Shown in pieces: positions 11,682 through 23,984 of a stretch of 64,000 nt of DNA. Positions within the stretch are counted from its first letter, which is position 1. Every line of letters starts with the position of its first letter. Both the position numbers and the translations under genes were made by a program. Origin of the DNA: Octopus sinensis (Eukaryota); the NCBI RefSeq assembly GCF_006345805.1, contig NC_042998.1, positions 7,254,001-7,318,000 on the forward strand. The letters are read 5' to 3'. A model generated the notes under the pieces. It was not told where the DNA came from and did not search any database. It saw only the letters and a list, made by a program, of their open reading frames with translations.

Positions 11682-14622
11682 GGTGATAGGTGGTATGTTG
11701 GCAGAATCATTAGTATAAATGGCAAAATACTTAGTGGTATTTCATCTGTCTTCATGTCCTCAGTTCAAATTCTTCCGAGGTTGACTTTGCCTTTCATCCC
11801 TTTCAGAGTTAATGAAATAAGTACCAGTTATACACTGGGGTTGATATAATCAACTTAATCCGTTTGTCCTTGTTTGTCCCCTCTGTGTAGCCCCTTGTGG
11901 GTAGTAAAGATATAAGAATCGTTAGCACACAGGGTGAAATGCTCGGTGGCATTTCGTCCATCTTGTCATTCTGAGTTCAAATCCTGCCGAGGTTGACTTT
12001 GCCTTTCATCCTTTCAAGGTCGATTAAAATAAGTACCAGTTAAACACTGGGGAGCTGGGGGGGGGGGCTGGTCAATGTAATCAACTAAATCCTTCCTCCA
12101 AAATTTCAGGCCTTGTGGCTTTGTTATTTGGGATTATTTTGAAGAGATTCAAATCTGCTTTGTGCTTTTTGTCATGTGAGCAAATTCACTGTTGGCACAG
12201 TAAACTCATCAAACTTGCTATTTACATTTAGCTATTTCAGGATTCCATAAGCAAGGTATTCTATTTAACTATCTTAGCTCTGTTCTGCTGCAGGTAAATG
12301 TAATGCTGGGATTTTATGTTTTCCTTTGGGTTTCAGAAGAAAGGACATGCAATTGGCAAACCAATCCATTTACTCCTACTCTAACACCTTAAAATGTGAT
12401 TATGGTAATTTCTCTTGAGTCAAGATTCCATTAACCTTTCTGAACTATTAGTATAAAACAAGTTTGCAAATGGTAATTTAACATGATTTTCCTTTTTTTT
12501 TTTTACATGCTGCTTTAGTTTTATTTTATATTTTTGTTTTTTGTTTTATGTTTAGAAAACAGAAAAATTGGGGTTTAAATATGATAGGATTTCTGGCTAA
12601 TGTTCAGAAATTTTTAGCTCCAAAAATTACTTCAGAAATTGAATAAAAGTATTTGTAAAATATTTAACACAATATATTCAACAATTTTAATGTTACATTT
12701 TTCCCCTTCAAATACAATAACTAACAACCTTTTAGAAATATTTCTCTTATAAATTTTACAAAACATTCGTGACTCTAGTCAAGGATGTGGCAATATCTCT
12801 ACTACTGGTGCTATGGTAAAATGCACTCAATACATTCTGTAGAGTGACTGACACTGGGAAGAGCATCCAGTCATACCATCATCATCATCATCATCATCCC
12901 CACCACCACCATCACCATTGTCGTCGTGGTCACCATCACCATCATGTCTTGCCACCAACTTGCACATGCAAGTGCTATCAGTCAAAAACTCCGCATACCG
13001 GAAGCCAGCAAGCATATGGGGTCATCAGGAGAGAATGTGCGCCGTTTCAGGGCCTACCTCTCAATGGCATCAATGCACACCGGCCCCGCCTCACTGGTAT
13101 GAGGCCCCGCTTGCTAGATCAGCTGGTTATCAAATAAAGCTCAATATTCTTCTAGCCATTGCTCATCGTCTCTTTTTAACCAAATCCAGTGGCTAGCCTT
13201 CTCCACTGTAGTTTGGATATCGGTCATGGTAGTATTGACTTTATGATGAGTTAGGCCTAACGATAATGTCTGCTTTCCATGGTGGCATGGGTAGAACAGT
13301 TTGACAGGGAATAGATGAGCTGCAGGGCTATGTTGAGCTCCAGTGTCACCTTTGGCATGGTTTCTGCAGCTGGATGCAATGCTAGGCCATTTCACAAAGT
13401 GCAAAGGGTGCTTTTTTTTCATGTCACTGACACTAGTAAGGTTGCCATGCAGCTTACAAAACAAAAGAGCAGAGAAGGAGGAAAAGGCTCCCACTACCAC
13501 AAGAAGAAGTATTTGGGAGGTGAAGGTGGAGATGAGTGGTAGTATCCTAGATATTGAAAAGCTAAGGCTTCTTTCAGTTTCTGTCTTCCAAATCCACTCA
13601 CAAGCCTTTGGTTGGCTCTGGGCTATGGGGCTATAGTAGAAGACACTCGTCTAAGATTCACACAGTGGGATGAACCCAGAACGTAATGGTTGAGAAGTAA
13701 GTTTCTTAACCACATAACCATTCCTCATTGTTATTGAAATAGCTAAAGCTAAATTAAGGATATTTAATAAAAAATAGCTACAGCGAGATGAAAGCGATTG
13801 GCCTGCAATAGTCTTTCACTCTTTGCGTTAGACTACTGCTTATACAACCAGGATGATGCATTTAACAGTTACGTGTACATTCTCAAAAGAAACAAAAAAA
13901 AAAAAAAAAAAAAACTGAAACTATCCACCTTATTGACAAATTTTCACTCACACCAACACTGCTTTCGGCATGCCATCAAGCTGTGTGTATTTGATATTAG
14001 TTTTACTTTTTCCACTGCTTTGAACTTGGTGATTGTATATCTATAACACTATGGGAACCACTTAGAGAAGTACCTAGATTAAAGAGCAGCAGGTAGTAGG
14101 ATTCAGCACCAATAGGAAAGATTCCTTTGGTAAAGAACCTGAATTCAGAACTGTACTTAAGAAAATACAAGAGCCATTAGTCCGTGTGTTTGCACAAAAG
14201 CATCTTCTGCTCTCTGGGTGTTTCACATTGAATGAATTTCATTTTGCAGGTGAATGCCCGCATGCTGATAATACCAGATAATTTCCTCTGTATATCAACC
14301 AATTGATTCACTATCCATTTAGAGTTATGGCTCGTGGCTATATTTTTCAAAGCTGGCTTAACATATCTTTCACCAAAACAACAATGCAGATATATAAAAA
14401 ATATAGAAAACTGTTTCTTATATAAACAGTCAGTTTTGTATTGTGAATTTGATTAACCCTAATATAGCAAAAGTTCTTGATTTATTGTCCCCCAAAGATT
14501 CCGACAAAAGTAGATTCCAACAAAATTCAAGCTTGGAATATTGATGCTAAACTTTGCAATGGGGTAAATCCACGGATCTTTAGCTGTTACTGCATTTATA
14601 AATTAATCAAATTTATTGGATA

Positions 14623-14924
14623 CTAGCAGTATCGCCCGGCGTTGCTCGGGTTTGTAAGGGAAATAACTATATAAGCATTTTTAGAGAGTTACTTCCCTTA
14701 TATAATAGCAAAATAATGCATTAAAAATGGGAAAAAATGATGGTAAAGTTTTTTTAAATCGTTGACTCATCGTAGATGCGCGCTAATACCCAGAAGGGCT
14801 CGATATGAATCATGACTATAAGATACCCGGTTTTGGTTAATCTGCACCGCAAAATGTGGGAGTAGTTAGGAATCTAAATCGTAGGAGACAAACACTCACA
14901 CAACTTCACTTTTATATATAAAGA
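14623..14924 (-). mobile_element. Non-autonomous Helitron
   Basis: Minus strand: A|TCtttatatata ... hairpin cccgagcaacgccggg ... CTAG|T, with no TSD. Copies at 25637-26036 and 62900-63187. Confidence 0.85.
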
Positions 14925-16164
14925 TGTTGTAGGCGCGGGCATGGCTGTGTGGTTAGGGAGCTTGCTTCCTAGCTACATGGTTTCGGGTTCAGTCCCACCG
15001 TGTGGCACTTTGGGCAAGTGTCTTCTGCTATAGCCCTGGGCCGACTGAAGCTTTGTAGTTAAATTTGGTAGACGGAAGTTACTGCCGTGTGTGTATATGT
15101 GTGTGTAGGTGCTTCTGCCTCTCTGAGAGAGGGGGGGAGGTTAAGGCAAACTGTTTAGAAATAAAACTAAATGCTAAAAGCGAATACTCTAGTATCTCAG
15201 CTCTATTTCTACCCTATCCTAGGCACAAGGCCATAAATTTTGTAAGGAGGGGTCAGTCTATTATATGACCCCCAGTATATATAATGCCTCCTGAAGATTT
15301 TGAAAGTTGATCTAGGTGAGATTTGAACTTAGAACATAATTTTAAAAAGCAGTCCTTATGATAATACCAATCAATTCTTGTTTTAACCAGGACCAACCCT
15401 AGAGTTACTGGCATCCATAGTAAACTAAATTTCAATGTTTTTACAAATATTTTTGTCCTTTTTTGTCTTATCTTTTTAACAGTTTTTGTAAGGAGTAAAA
15501 CCTGTAGAAATTTAGTATTTACGACAAAATATTGAATAGTATTTATGACAAAATACTAAATATTTCCCTTTCATTTCAAAGATACCAAGCAAGTGACATG
15601 GTACCCTTATCAGCATGCAACATTCTATGCAACTACCCAAGTTGCCAGTACCTTCAGCCAGTTCTGCTTATTTTAACAGATACAATCATTTGTAACTAAG
15701 ATAGCAAACTGGCTGAGTCTTTAGAGTATCAAATAGAATGGCTCCAAATGTCCAGATTTTAAGTTCAAATCCTATTGAGGTCAACTTGACCCTTAATTTT
15801 CTTCTTTTTTTTTTTCTTTTTTTCCTCTGGGTTGATAAAATAAAGTACCAGCCCAGAATGTTAGATTGAGGATGAAGCAGGATGCTGTCCAGTATCTGTT
15901 TTGACTTTTTGCATTCTGACAGCAATAGCAGCACCATCACTGGTGCCAAACAGTACTGGTTCAACCCAGCAGCCATTCGCATACATGGGAAATCGTTTGT
16001 CTTTCTCAAAAAATCTTAGCCAGACCTACCCATGCATGGTTAATTTAATTAATGGAGGCCCAAGAGATATTCATAGCTACTGTACATTTCACAACTAATT
16101 GTAGCCTAATTAGGAATTAGGAGATTAAAAGAAGTTAAGCATCACCAAACAAAAGAATAAATAA

Positions 16165-16420
16165 AATAAATAAATGCACCCTTTTAAAGCGTAGCCAGGC
16201 TCATGGGCCCAGTTTCCCGGTTTCTGTAGCGTATGTGTTCCCCAGCTGGACGGGACGCCAGTCCATTGCAACATTACTTATTTTTGCCAGCTGAGTGGAC
16301 TGGAGCAACGTGAAATGAAGTGTTTCACTCAAGAACACAACGCGTCACTCGGTCCTGAAATCGAAACCACAATCTTACGATCATGATGCTGACGCCCTAA
16401 CCACTAAGCCATGCACCTCT
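16165..16420 (-). mobile_element. tRNA-head SINE ('family E') with CORE/V-like central motif
   Basis: Head ggtgcatggcttagtggttaggg..ggtttcgattt, body cacttcatttcacgttgctccagtccactcagctg..gcaatggactggcgtcccgtccag. Related copies at 23648-23830 and 63200-63335. Confidence 0.7.
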
Positions 16421-16626
16421 GCAATTGAAAGAATAATTGTATGTTAATGATATTTTGTGAATCCATAAGTTAAGTTTCAAAAATATTTATTAAAATCTTT
16501 TTAGTTTCTTGCCAAACCAAAACATTTTCCATAAAGAGGTCTTATTCTATATTCTTTAAAGGTAATCAACCAACAGAACTTTTAACATCTCAGGAAAAAT
16601 GCAAAATGGTATTTCTTCTTGCTCTT

Positions 16627-17025
16627 GTGGCGAGCTGGCAGAAACGTTAGCACGCCGATTGAAATGCGTAGCCGTATTTCGTCTGGCATTACATTCTGAG
16701 TTCGAATTCCGCTGAGGTCGACTTTGCCTTTCATCCTTTCGGGGTCGATAAATTAAGTACCAGTTATGCACTGGGGTCAATATAATCGACTTAATCCGTT
16801 TGTCTGTCCTTGTTTATCCTCTCTGTGTTTAGCCCCTTGTGGGTAGTAAAGAAATAGGTACTTCTTCTTGCTCTATATGTTCTGAGTTCAAATTCTACTG
16901 AGGTCAATTTTGCCTTTCATCCTTTTGGGGGTTATAAAATAAGTACCATTTAAGCACTGGAATCAATGTAATTGACTAAACCCCTCTCCATAAAATTGCT
17001 GGCCTTGTCCCCAAATTAAAGATAA
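16627..17025 (+). mobile_element. SINE family C (Meta-domain-like core) plus an adjacent partial copy
   Basis: Head ggcgagctggcagaa.cgttagcac, B-box-like gagttcgaattcc, core gtcgactttgcctttcatcctttcggggtcgataaattaagtaccag. More than 15 copies in the window. Confidence 0.8.
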
Positions 17026-17797
17026 TAATTTTACTAATCACTTTCTTTAAAAAGCCAAAATATATTTTTCTTCGACTAAAGGTGGTGCTCCAGCATGGCC
17101 ACAGTCAAATGACTGAAACAAGTAAAAGAGTAGTTATTGTTGTTATTATCATTGTTTAGCCTCAGATCATCGCTAATCAAGCAGTCATATGGTCTAAGAC
17201 ATTCCAGCCATAGCAACCCCATCTTATTTCTAAGTACAGTGCACCAAGGTTCCTATTATACAATATGTCACTTTCCTTTTATGAAAGTAGAATTAGAATG
17301 TACACTTTAAGGGAGATTTGGCCATTGTTTCTAGTAAATCAATCAACCATGTAAAGACCTTCTTGTCAGTTAAGTTAAGTGATATGAATAGCACACCAAC
17401 CAGTTTAACATTTCATGCTTGTCATTAGGTGCTTTCAACAGAATTCCGTTTGTAAGGTTCACTTTATAGGCAGCTTAATGTTTCTTTTCGAATGATCTGG
17501 TTTGAAGAAAGGCCTATCTCTATAGCTTTGCCATTCAAGTTTAATGGATGACTAGTGCAAAATATCTTGATAGATGTAGTGCTTGCATCTTTGTATTGTT
17601 GAAGGGAAGCAAGATTATCGTGTCACCATTGAGGAATGCTTTTGAGATCTCTGTACAGGGAGTAAGCACAAGTTAAGTGTGTGGTGTCTAGGTTATGAAT
17701 AGAAGATGCTTGAGTGTGCAGAAGGCTGGGGCAGAATGACAGGGGTATGGTCTGCAAAGGAGTAGATGTAAATGGAGGGGACTGTAAGCAAGACATT

Positions 17798-17839
<42 letters not shown>

Positions 17840-18193
17840 TATATATGTGTGTGCGTGTGTGTGTGTGTGAGGTGCAATGTCCCAGTGGTTAGGGCAGCGA
17901 ACTCATGGTTGTAAGATCACGGTTTCGATTCCCTGACCAGGTGTTGTGAGTGTCTATTGAGTGAAAACACCTAAAGCTCCACAAGGCTCTGGCAGGGTGG
18001 GGTGGCGATCCCTGCTGTTCTCTTTTGCCTCAACTTTCTCTCACTCTTTCTTCTGTTGGCCTGCTTGCTTAGCCAGCAGGGTGGTGTCATTTGAAGGCTA
18101 AAACAATGTGAAGCGCATTGTGACCAGCAATGTGTAGCAACATCTGTTAGCCTGGTCGGTCATGTGATCACGTGATATATATATATATATATA

Positions 18194-18326
18194 TAAAATA
18201 TTATTGGTGAATTGAAGAAATGGAGCTGAACGAAGATTGAACAGAAATCGTTTTATGAATGAAATAAAACGTTTTCTGTTCAATCTTCGTTCAGCTCCAT
18301 TTCTTCAATTCACCAATAATATTTTA
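18194..18326. repeat. Near-perfect palindrome, 63-bp arms with a 7-nt loop
   Basis: 18194-18256 is the reverse complement of 18264-18326, with one T-T mismatch (18248/18272). Confidence 0.95.
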
Positions 18327-18678
18327 ATTTCAATTATCCACACCAACGCACGGTTACAACACCATATGGTTGTACCTCCAACCGTGCTGTTTTCTGCTGT
18401 GATTTTTGCTACCAAGGTATCGGTTAAACTTTTGATTAATCTGCTACAAGATTATTCATCTTTCTATTTCACATAATATATATATATATATATATATATA
18501 CTAATAAAAAGGGTTTGGCAAAGAATTGCCTCACCACACACCGAAGTTCAGAAATAGCAGCCAAAAATCTTAGCCATTTCTTCTACTTTAAAAAGGGTCT
18601 TCCAGAGAAACCAAAATACTTGAAGGTTATTCACACAGGCAGAGAGTAAAGTAACGAAAATCAATCAATATCCAATCG

Positions 18679-18765
18679 TCCATAGACGCGCGTTTCTGAA
18701 TTAGGTTTTTACATAAAGAATATAAAAAAATATACTTTACTAACCATATTCTTTATCAGCATGGA
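18679..18765 (-). ncRNA. Degenerate minimal type I hammerhead ribozyme motif
   Basis: Minus strand tccatg-CTGATAA-[stem II]-GAAAC-GCGC-GTC-tatgga, with a 6-bp stem I and palindromic stem III. The conserved G8 is mutated to A. Confidence 0.55.
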
Positions 18766-19814
18766 TTTTCTGTGATAATCCGAAGGTACTAGAATCCGAA
18801 GGTACTATGAACGAATCTTTCCACATAACGGCATTAGGCCGCTCATGTTCAATGTTAGCACCGCCAAATTCAAAATATGAATGAGAATCGCTTAGCTTCC
18901 TCCGCCCTTCCACATGTGTCTTCAAGTAAAATGCTACAGAAAAAATCAGCAGTCTGATATATATATATAGAAGAAAGAGTGTGAAAGTATAAAACTGAAC
19001 CTTTGGACATATTAGAGTTGATAGAGTGTAGTTGATACAGAGCTTCTTCAGCATGTGATGGTGTGGGTCTGGCTGGCAGCTTCTGATTCCGGAGGATGAA
19101 AGATGGATGGCACCCATGGGGGAGTGGTTTTGCTTGGCGATTCACATGGTTTACATGGCTGAATTCTTTGCTGATTACAAAGTGCCACAACAGTGCTTTT
19201 ATCATATTCTTCAAGTATGAAGGCTCACTGGTGTGGAATACAGGCAAATGGGTTTCCAGTAGATATGGCTTTGTGGAGGCCATCCTGGGAGTCATTGAAG
19301 TTGGAGAAGGACTCAAGGTATCGAAAAATGTGATTGTTAATGATTGTTTCTGCAATCTTTGAGATGTTGGAAAGGAGAGGGAGAGATTAATAGTTGGCAG
19401 GGGCAGAAGGTCTACTGTTTCAGTCGTTAGGCTGCGGCCATGCTGGGGCACCACCTTGAAGAATTTTTAGTTGAATGAACCAACCTCAGGACTTATTTTA
19501 CTTTTTTAGCCTGGTAATGATGATGATGATCATCATCATCATCATCATCGTTTAGCGTCCGCTTTCCATGCTAGCATGGGTTGGATGGTTCAACTGGGGT
19601 CTGGAAAGCCAGAAGGCTGCACCAGGCCGAGTCTGACCTGGCAATGTTTCTACGGCTGGATGCCCTTCCTAACGCCAACCACTCCGTGAGTGTAGTGGGT
19701 GCTTTTTACATGCCACCGGCACAAGTGCCAGATGAGTCTGGCAGACGGCCACACTCAAATGGTGCTTTTTACGTGCCACCGGCACGGAGGCCAGGCAAGG
19801 CTGGCAATGGCCTA

Positions 19815-19817
19815 ATG

Positions 19818-19851
<34 letters not shown>

Positions 19852-20205
19852 AATTATTGTATACAGTGCTCAGGTGTACCACAACTTGTCAAAAGTGCAT
19901 ATAAAGCATATGCAGTAATGTACAAATGTCTGGGAATTGAACAGTGTATGAGTTAGATAGATGCTTGCGTGTGTATGGAGGGGAGAAAATCAGGTGTAGT
20001 GTTGGCAAATCTCAGGAAGCATGGAAGTTTTGAAGGATGCAGTGCTCCGACAACTAACAACTGATGCCGGCAGTTTGTTCCATGCTTCAGCAATTCTTAG
20101 TGTCAAAAAATGTTTCCTAAAGTCATGGGAGCTGTGCTGCTTTCTGACTTTGTAAATATGTCCACGGGTGTTAGACGGGTGGAGTTTGAAAAGGTGTTCA
20201 GAGTT
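19815..20205 (-). mobile_element. CR1-clade LINE 3' fragment, (ATT)n tail
   Basis: Matches the 3' end of the 34981-36532 element. It sits with a family D copy inside a split SINE B (19420-19515 and 20205-20455). Other copies at 24570-24770, 31565-31838, 32013-32325 and 46680-47055. Confidence 0.85.
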
Positions 20206-20533
20206 ATTCTATCAGTTACTTTTGCCAAACTGCTAAGTTACCAATACATAGACACACCAACACCAGTTGTCAAGCAGTGGTAGGGGACATCCTCAGACAC
20301 ACATTCATATATACAACAGGCTTCTTTCAGTTTCTGTCAACCAAATCCACTCACAAGGCTTTGTTCAACCTGAAGCAATAGTTGAAAACATTTGTCCAAG
20401 GTGCCATGCAGTAGGATTGAACCCAGAACCATGTGGTTGAGCAGCAAACTTCTTAGAGTTGAAAGTTTGACTGACACACATGGGAAATGTTCTGTTATTG
20501 AAGCTGTTACATAATTTTTGTGTTAGGTTTGTG

Positions 20534-20742
20534 CAGTGGTTTTCAACCAGGGTTCCGCAGAACCTTAGGGTTCCGCCAGCACAGTCCAGGGGTTCCGCAA
20601 GAAGTTACAAAAATGCTGAAATCGACAGTAATTTTTAATTCTCCTGTGTGCATAAGACAATTAAATTATTGCACAGTGGTTCCTCGAGCCAGTAGAATGT
20701 TTCTTTGGGGTTCTGCTTCAGCAAAAAGGTTGAAAAGCACTG
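20534..20742. mobile_element. hAT (Charlie-like) MITE
   Basis: TIRs CAGTGGTTTTCAACC / GGTTGAAAAGCACTG; 8-bp TSD GGTTTGTG / GGTTAGTG with one mismatch. Confidence 0.85.
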
Positions 20743-21052
20743 GGTTAGTGAGTTGTGTAGCTGAATGCAGTTGTCTGAATTTATTTTGTGATGAGAATGT
20801 GTGGTTCTGTAATATCAATGGTTAGGCTCTCTGGATATTTTATGGGCAAACAAGTGGCGGATCTCTTTGATGTTACTTCACTTAGGTATTTGATAGCCTT
20901 TAATATCTATATTATCCTGCTTGTCACAGCTTGTGTTTGAGCATTACACTTGACTATGGAATGGCATCAAAAACAATTGAAATTTTAATATGATAAAACA
21001 AATTCGTAGTTTACACTTTAAACCAAGTTAACTATGGAATGACAAGGATGAT

Positions 21053-21462
21053 ACTCTCTTTTACTCTTTTACTTGTTTCAGTCATTTGACTGCGGCCATG
21101 CTGGAGCACTGCCTTTAGTCGAGCAAATCGACCCTGGGACTTATTCTTTGTAAGTCCAGTACTTATTCTATTGGTCTCTTTTGCCGAACTGCTAAGTGAC
21201 GGGGACGTAAACACACCAGCATCGGTTGTCAAGCAATGCTAGGAGGACAAACACAGACACACAAACATATACACACACACTTATATATATACATATATAC
21301 GACAGGCTTCTTTCAGTTTCCGTCTACCAAATCCACTCACAAGGCATTGGTCGGTCCGGGGCTATAGCAGAAGACACTTGCCCAAGGTGCCATGCAGTGG
21401 GACTGAACCCGGAACCATGTGGTTGGTTAGCAAGCTACTTACCACACAGCCACTCCTGCGCC
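21053..21462 (-). mobile_element. SINE family B with ~20-bp TSD
   Basis: Full copy flanked by tatggaatgacaaggatgat (21033-21052) and tatggaatgacaaagatgat (21463-21482). Confidence 0.88.
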
Positions 21463-21638
21463 TATGGAATGACAAAGATGATGTAATTGAAATTTTTAAA
21501 CAAACTGGAAGAAGTCTATGTTTTACACTTTAAATAAGCTTAACTATGAAATGATGTCAAAGACAATTGAAATCGTTAACAAAATGAAAGAAGTTTGTGT
21601 TTTACATCGTAAACAAGCTTAAATATGGAATTGAAATA

Positions 21639-22208
21639 TTGGGTTGTTCGGAAAGTCCGTGCCGATTTATAGTAGCTTACCTTTTGACTTATTTTAGAAC
21701 ATGGTTGAGTCTATAAAATAGGATTTGACTACACCTCCATTTAGAGCACAGTTTAAGCTATCTTTTTGTGGAAGAAGGTTTATGTTCCTATAACCTGTGT
21801 TAATTCTGTAACCCTTTAAAATGGAAGATAAGAAAGTTCATTTTCGGTACTTGATGCTTTGGGAACCAGACAAAAATTGCTGCAGCTTGGCTGGGATGTG
21901 TTACCCCACCCACCCTCCATATTCACCAGATATTGCTCCTTCGGATTTCCACTTAGTCAGGTCTTTGCAGAATAGTCTTAATGGTAAAAATTTCAATTCC
22001 TTGGATGACGTAAAAAGATACCTTGATGAATTCTTTGCCATGAAACCACCTCAATTCTGGGAGGAGGGTATTTTCAAGTTAAAGGAAAGATGGAGACGCA
22101 TTGTGCAACAAAATGCTTCATGTTTGGTTGATTAAAAATGTAATGGCAAGTATTTATTGACCATTTTCTTTCCTTTAAAAATTGGCACAAACTTTCCGGA
22201 CAACCCAA
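21639..22208 (+). mobile_element. Internally deleted mariner transposon (570 bp)
   Basis: TA|TTGGGTTGTTCGGAAAGTCCGTGCCGATTT ... AAATTGGCACAAACTTTCCGGACAACCCAA|TA. The ORF remnant fuses N-terminal MEDKKVHFRYLML to C-terminal HPPYSPDIAPSDFHL...WEEGIFKLKERWRRIVQQN, the mariner YSPDLAPSD motif. Confidence 0.93.
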
Positions 22209-23240
22209 TAGTTAACATAATTAAAAAATGTTATGAAGATGTATAAATTTATGCATCAAAATAGAGAAAAAAGAACATTCATTATAGAACAAGAAAAATG
22301 TCCATGTGCCCTGCTACTTTTTTAATTTTGACCAGCTTCCAGGTTCTGGTATTTATAGAAGTTGGTGAATGCAATGAGTCTATCACACCCTAAATTTTAC
22401 AGATATATGTCTGTGATTGTTTCTGAACTTGGAACATTTCAGTTTTTAGATTTCCCTACGACCTTTATTTTATTCATTTATTATTTTGGTCTGGTGAAAG
22501 GCAATAGCTAATGAATGGAAGGAGTGAAAAATAGGGGTCTAGGTGGCAGATGTATATTTTTTTATTTCTTTACTGCCCACAAGGGGCTACACACAGAGAG
22601 GACAAACAAGGACAGACAAACGGTTTAAGTCGATTATATTGACCCTAATGCGTAACTGGTACTTATTTAATTGAACACAAAAGGATGAAAGGTAAAGTTG
22701 ACCTCGGCGGAATTTGAACTCAGAATGTAACGGCAGACGAAATAACGCTAAGCATTTCACCCGACATGCTGATACTCGCCTGGCCTCTGTGCCGGTGGCA
22801 CGTAAAGAGCACCATCCGATCATGGCCATTTGCCAGCCTCGCCTGGCCTCCATGCCGGTGGCACGTAAAAAGCACCATCCGACCGTGGCCGTTTGCCAGC
22901 CTCGTCTGGCGCCTGTGCTGGTGGCACGTAAAAAGCACCCACTACACTCATGGAGTGGTTGGCGTTAGGAAGGGCATCCAGCTGTAGAAACATTGCCAGA
23001 TCAGACTGGGCCTGGTGCAGCCTTCTGGCTTCCCAGACCCCAGTTGAACCGTCCAACCCATGCTAGCATGGAAAGTGGATGCTAAACGATGACGATGATG
23101 ATGACATTTCTGCCAGCTCACCACCTTGATGATGTATATTTTCAGTCTTGTGTTACCCTCTTCCTTATGTGGTTTTGGTGTCTGATTTTCAAGAAATATC
23201 ACACAAGATTTTTGCTAGGTGTCTCAGTGCAGGTATATCA

Positions 23241-23618
23241 TTATTACCTCCGCCTTAGTGAAGGTGGAGGTATTGTTTTCAGTCATGTTTGTTTGTTTGT
23301 TTGTTTATATATGGACAAGATACCTCAAGAACTGCTGGATGGATTTGGATGAAACTTTCATGGATGTTTAGCTTCATGACTGGCACAAATTGATTAGATT
23401 TTGGGATCGATCCAGTACCAAACAAAGATTCTGGATTATTTTTCTGTTTTTTTTACTTAATTTTTGAGAGCAGTCGGGTTCATTTTTAGTATTCTCGTTT
23501 GTGAGAACAGTCGAGTTTATTTCAGATATTCTCATTTTAAAGATCATCTCTGGCTAATCATTGAGACAACGTTGGTGATGCCATGGCAGAGGTTTTCCAC
23601 TCCCTGAGTGCTCTTGTT
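23241..23618 (+). mobile_element. HINE/DINE-1-like element, second copy
   Basis: tacctccgcc-ttagtgaa-ggtggaggta hairpin, (GTTT)n tract, 3' ggcagaggt plus hairpin; colinear with 2665-3038. Confidence 0.6.
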
Positions 23619-23943
23619 TGAAGTTGTTATTGTAATATGAGTCGGTGGAGGCACATGGCTTAGTGGTTAAGGAGTTGGACACACAACCTTAAGATTGTGG
23701 TTTCAATTCTGAACCAGGCAATGCATTGTGTTCTCTAGCAACACACTTCATTTCACACTGCCCCAGTCCACTCAGCTGGTAAAAATGAATTATCCTGCAA
23801 CAGACTGGCATTCCATCCAGAGAGGAATATATACACCAGAGAAGCCAAGAAATTGCTTCTATTCTCCTTACTGATATAAGTATGATGATTAGTCTTATAT
23901 AGTTTTCATCTTCCTCTTTTCTTTTTCTCTTTGATTTATTCAT

Positions 23944-23984
<41 letters not shown>

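Larger units (their letters stand above)
17560..19395 (-). mobile_element. Old Jockey/CR1-type LINE RT, fragmented by later insertions
   Basis: 18985-19395 minus reads, with frameshifts, NISKIAETIINNHIFRYLE..NDSQDGFHKAISTG. 17560-17790 continues with DLKSIPQW..NL..FNN.K. SINE A, a palindrome and TA-embedded inserts lie between. Confidence 0.55.

Noticed and set aside
13015-13060. GAAAC...CTGATGA on the minus strand as a type II hammerhead
   Set aside because: The would-be stem II strands (ggccct and cccc) cannot pair, and no stem III or cleavage triplet forms.
21821-22135. Functional transposase or SETMAR-like gene
   Set aside because: Most of the DNA-binding and catalytic domains are deleted, and the remnant is frameshifted.
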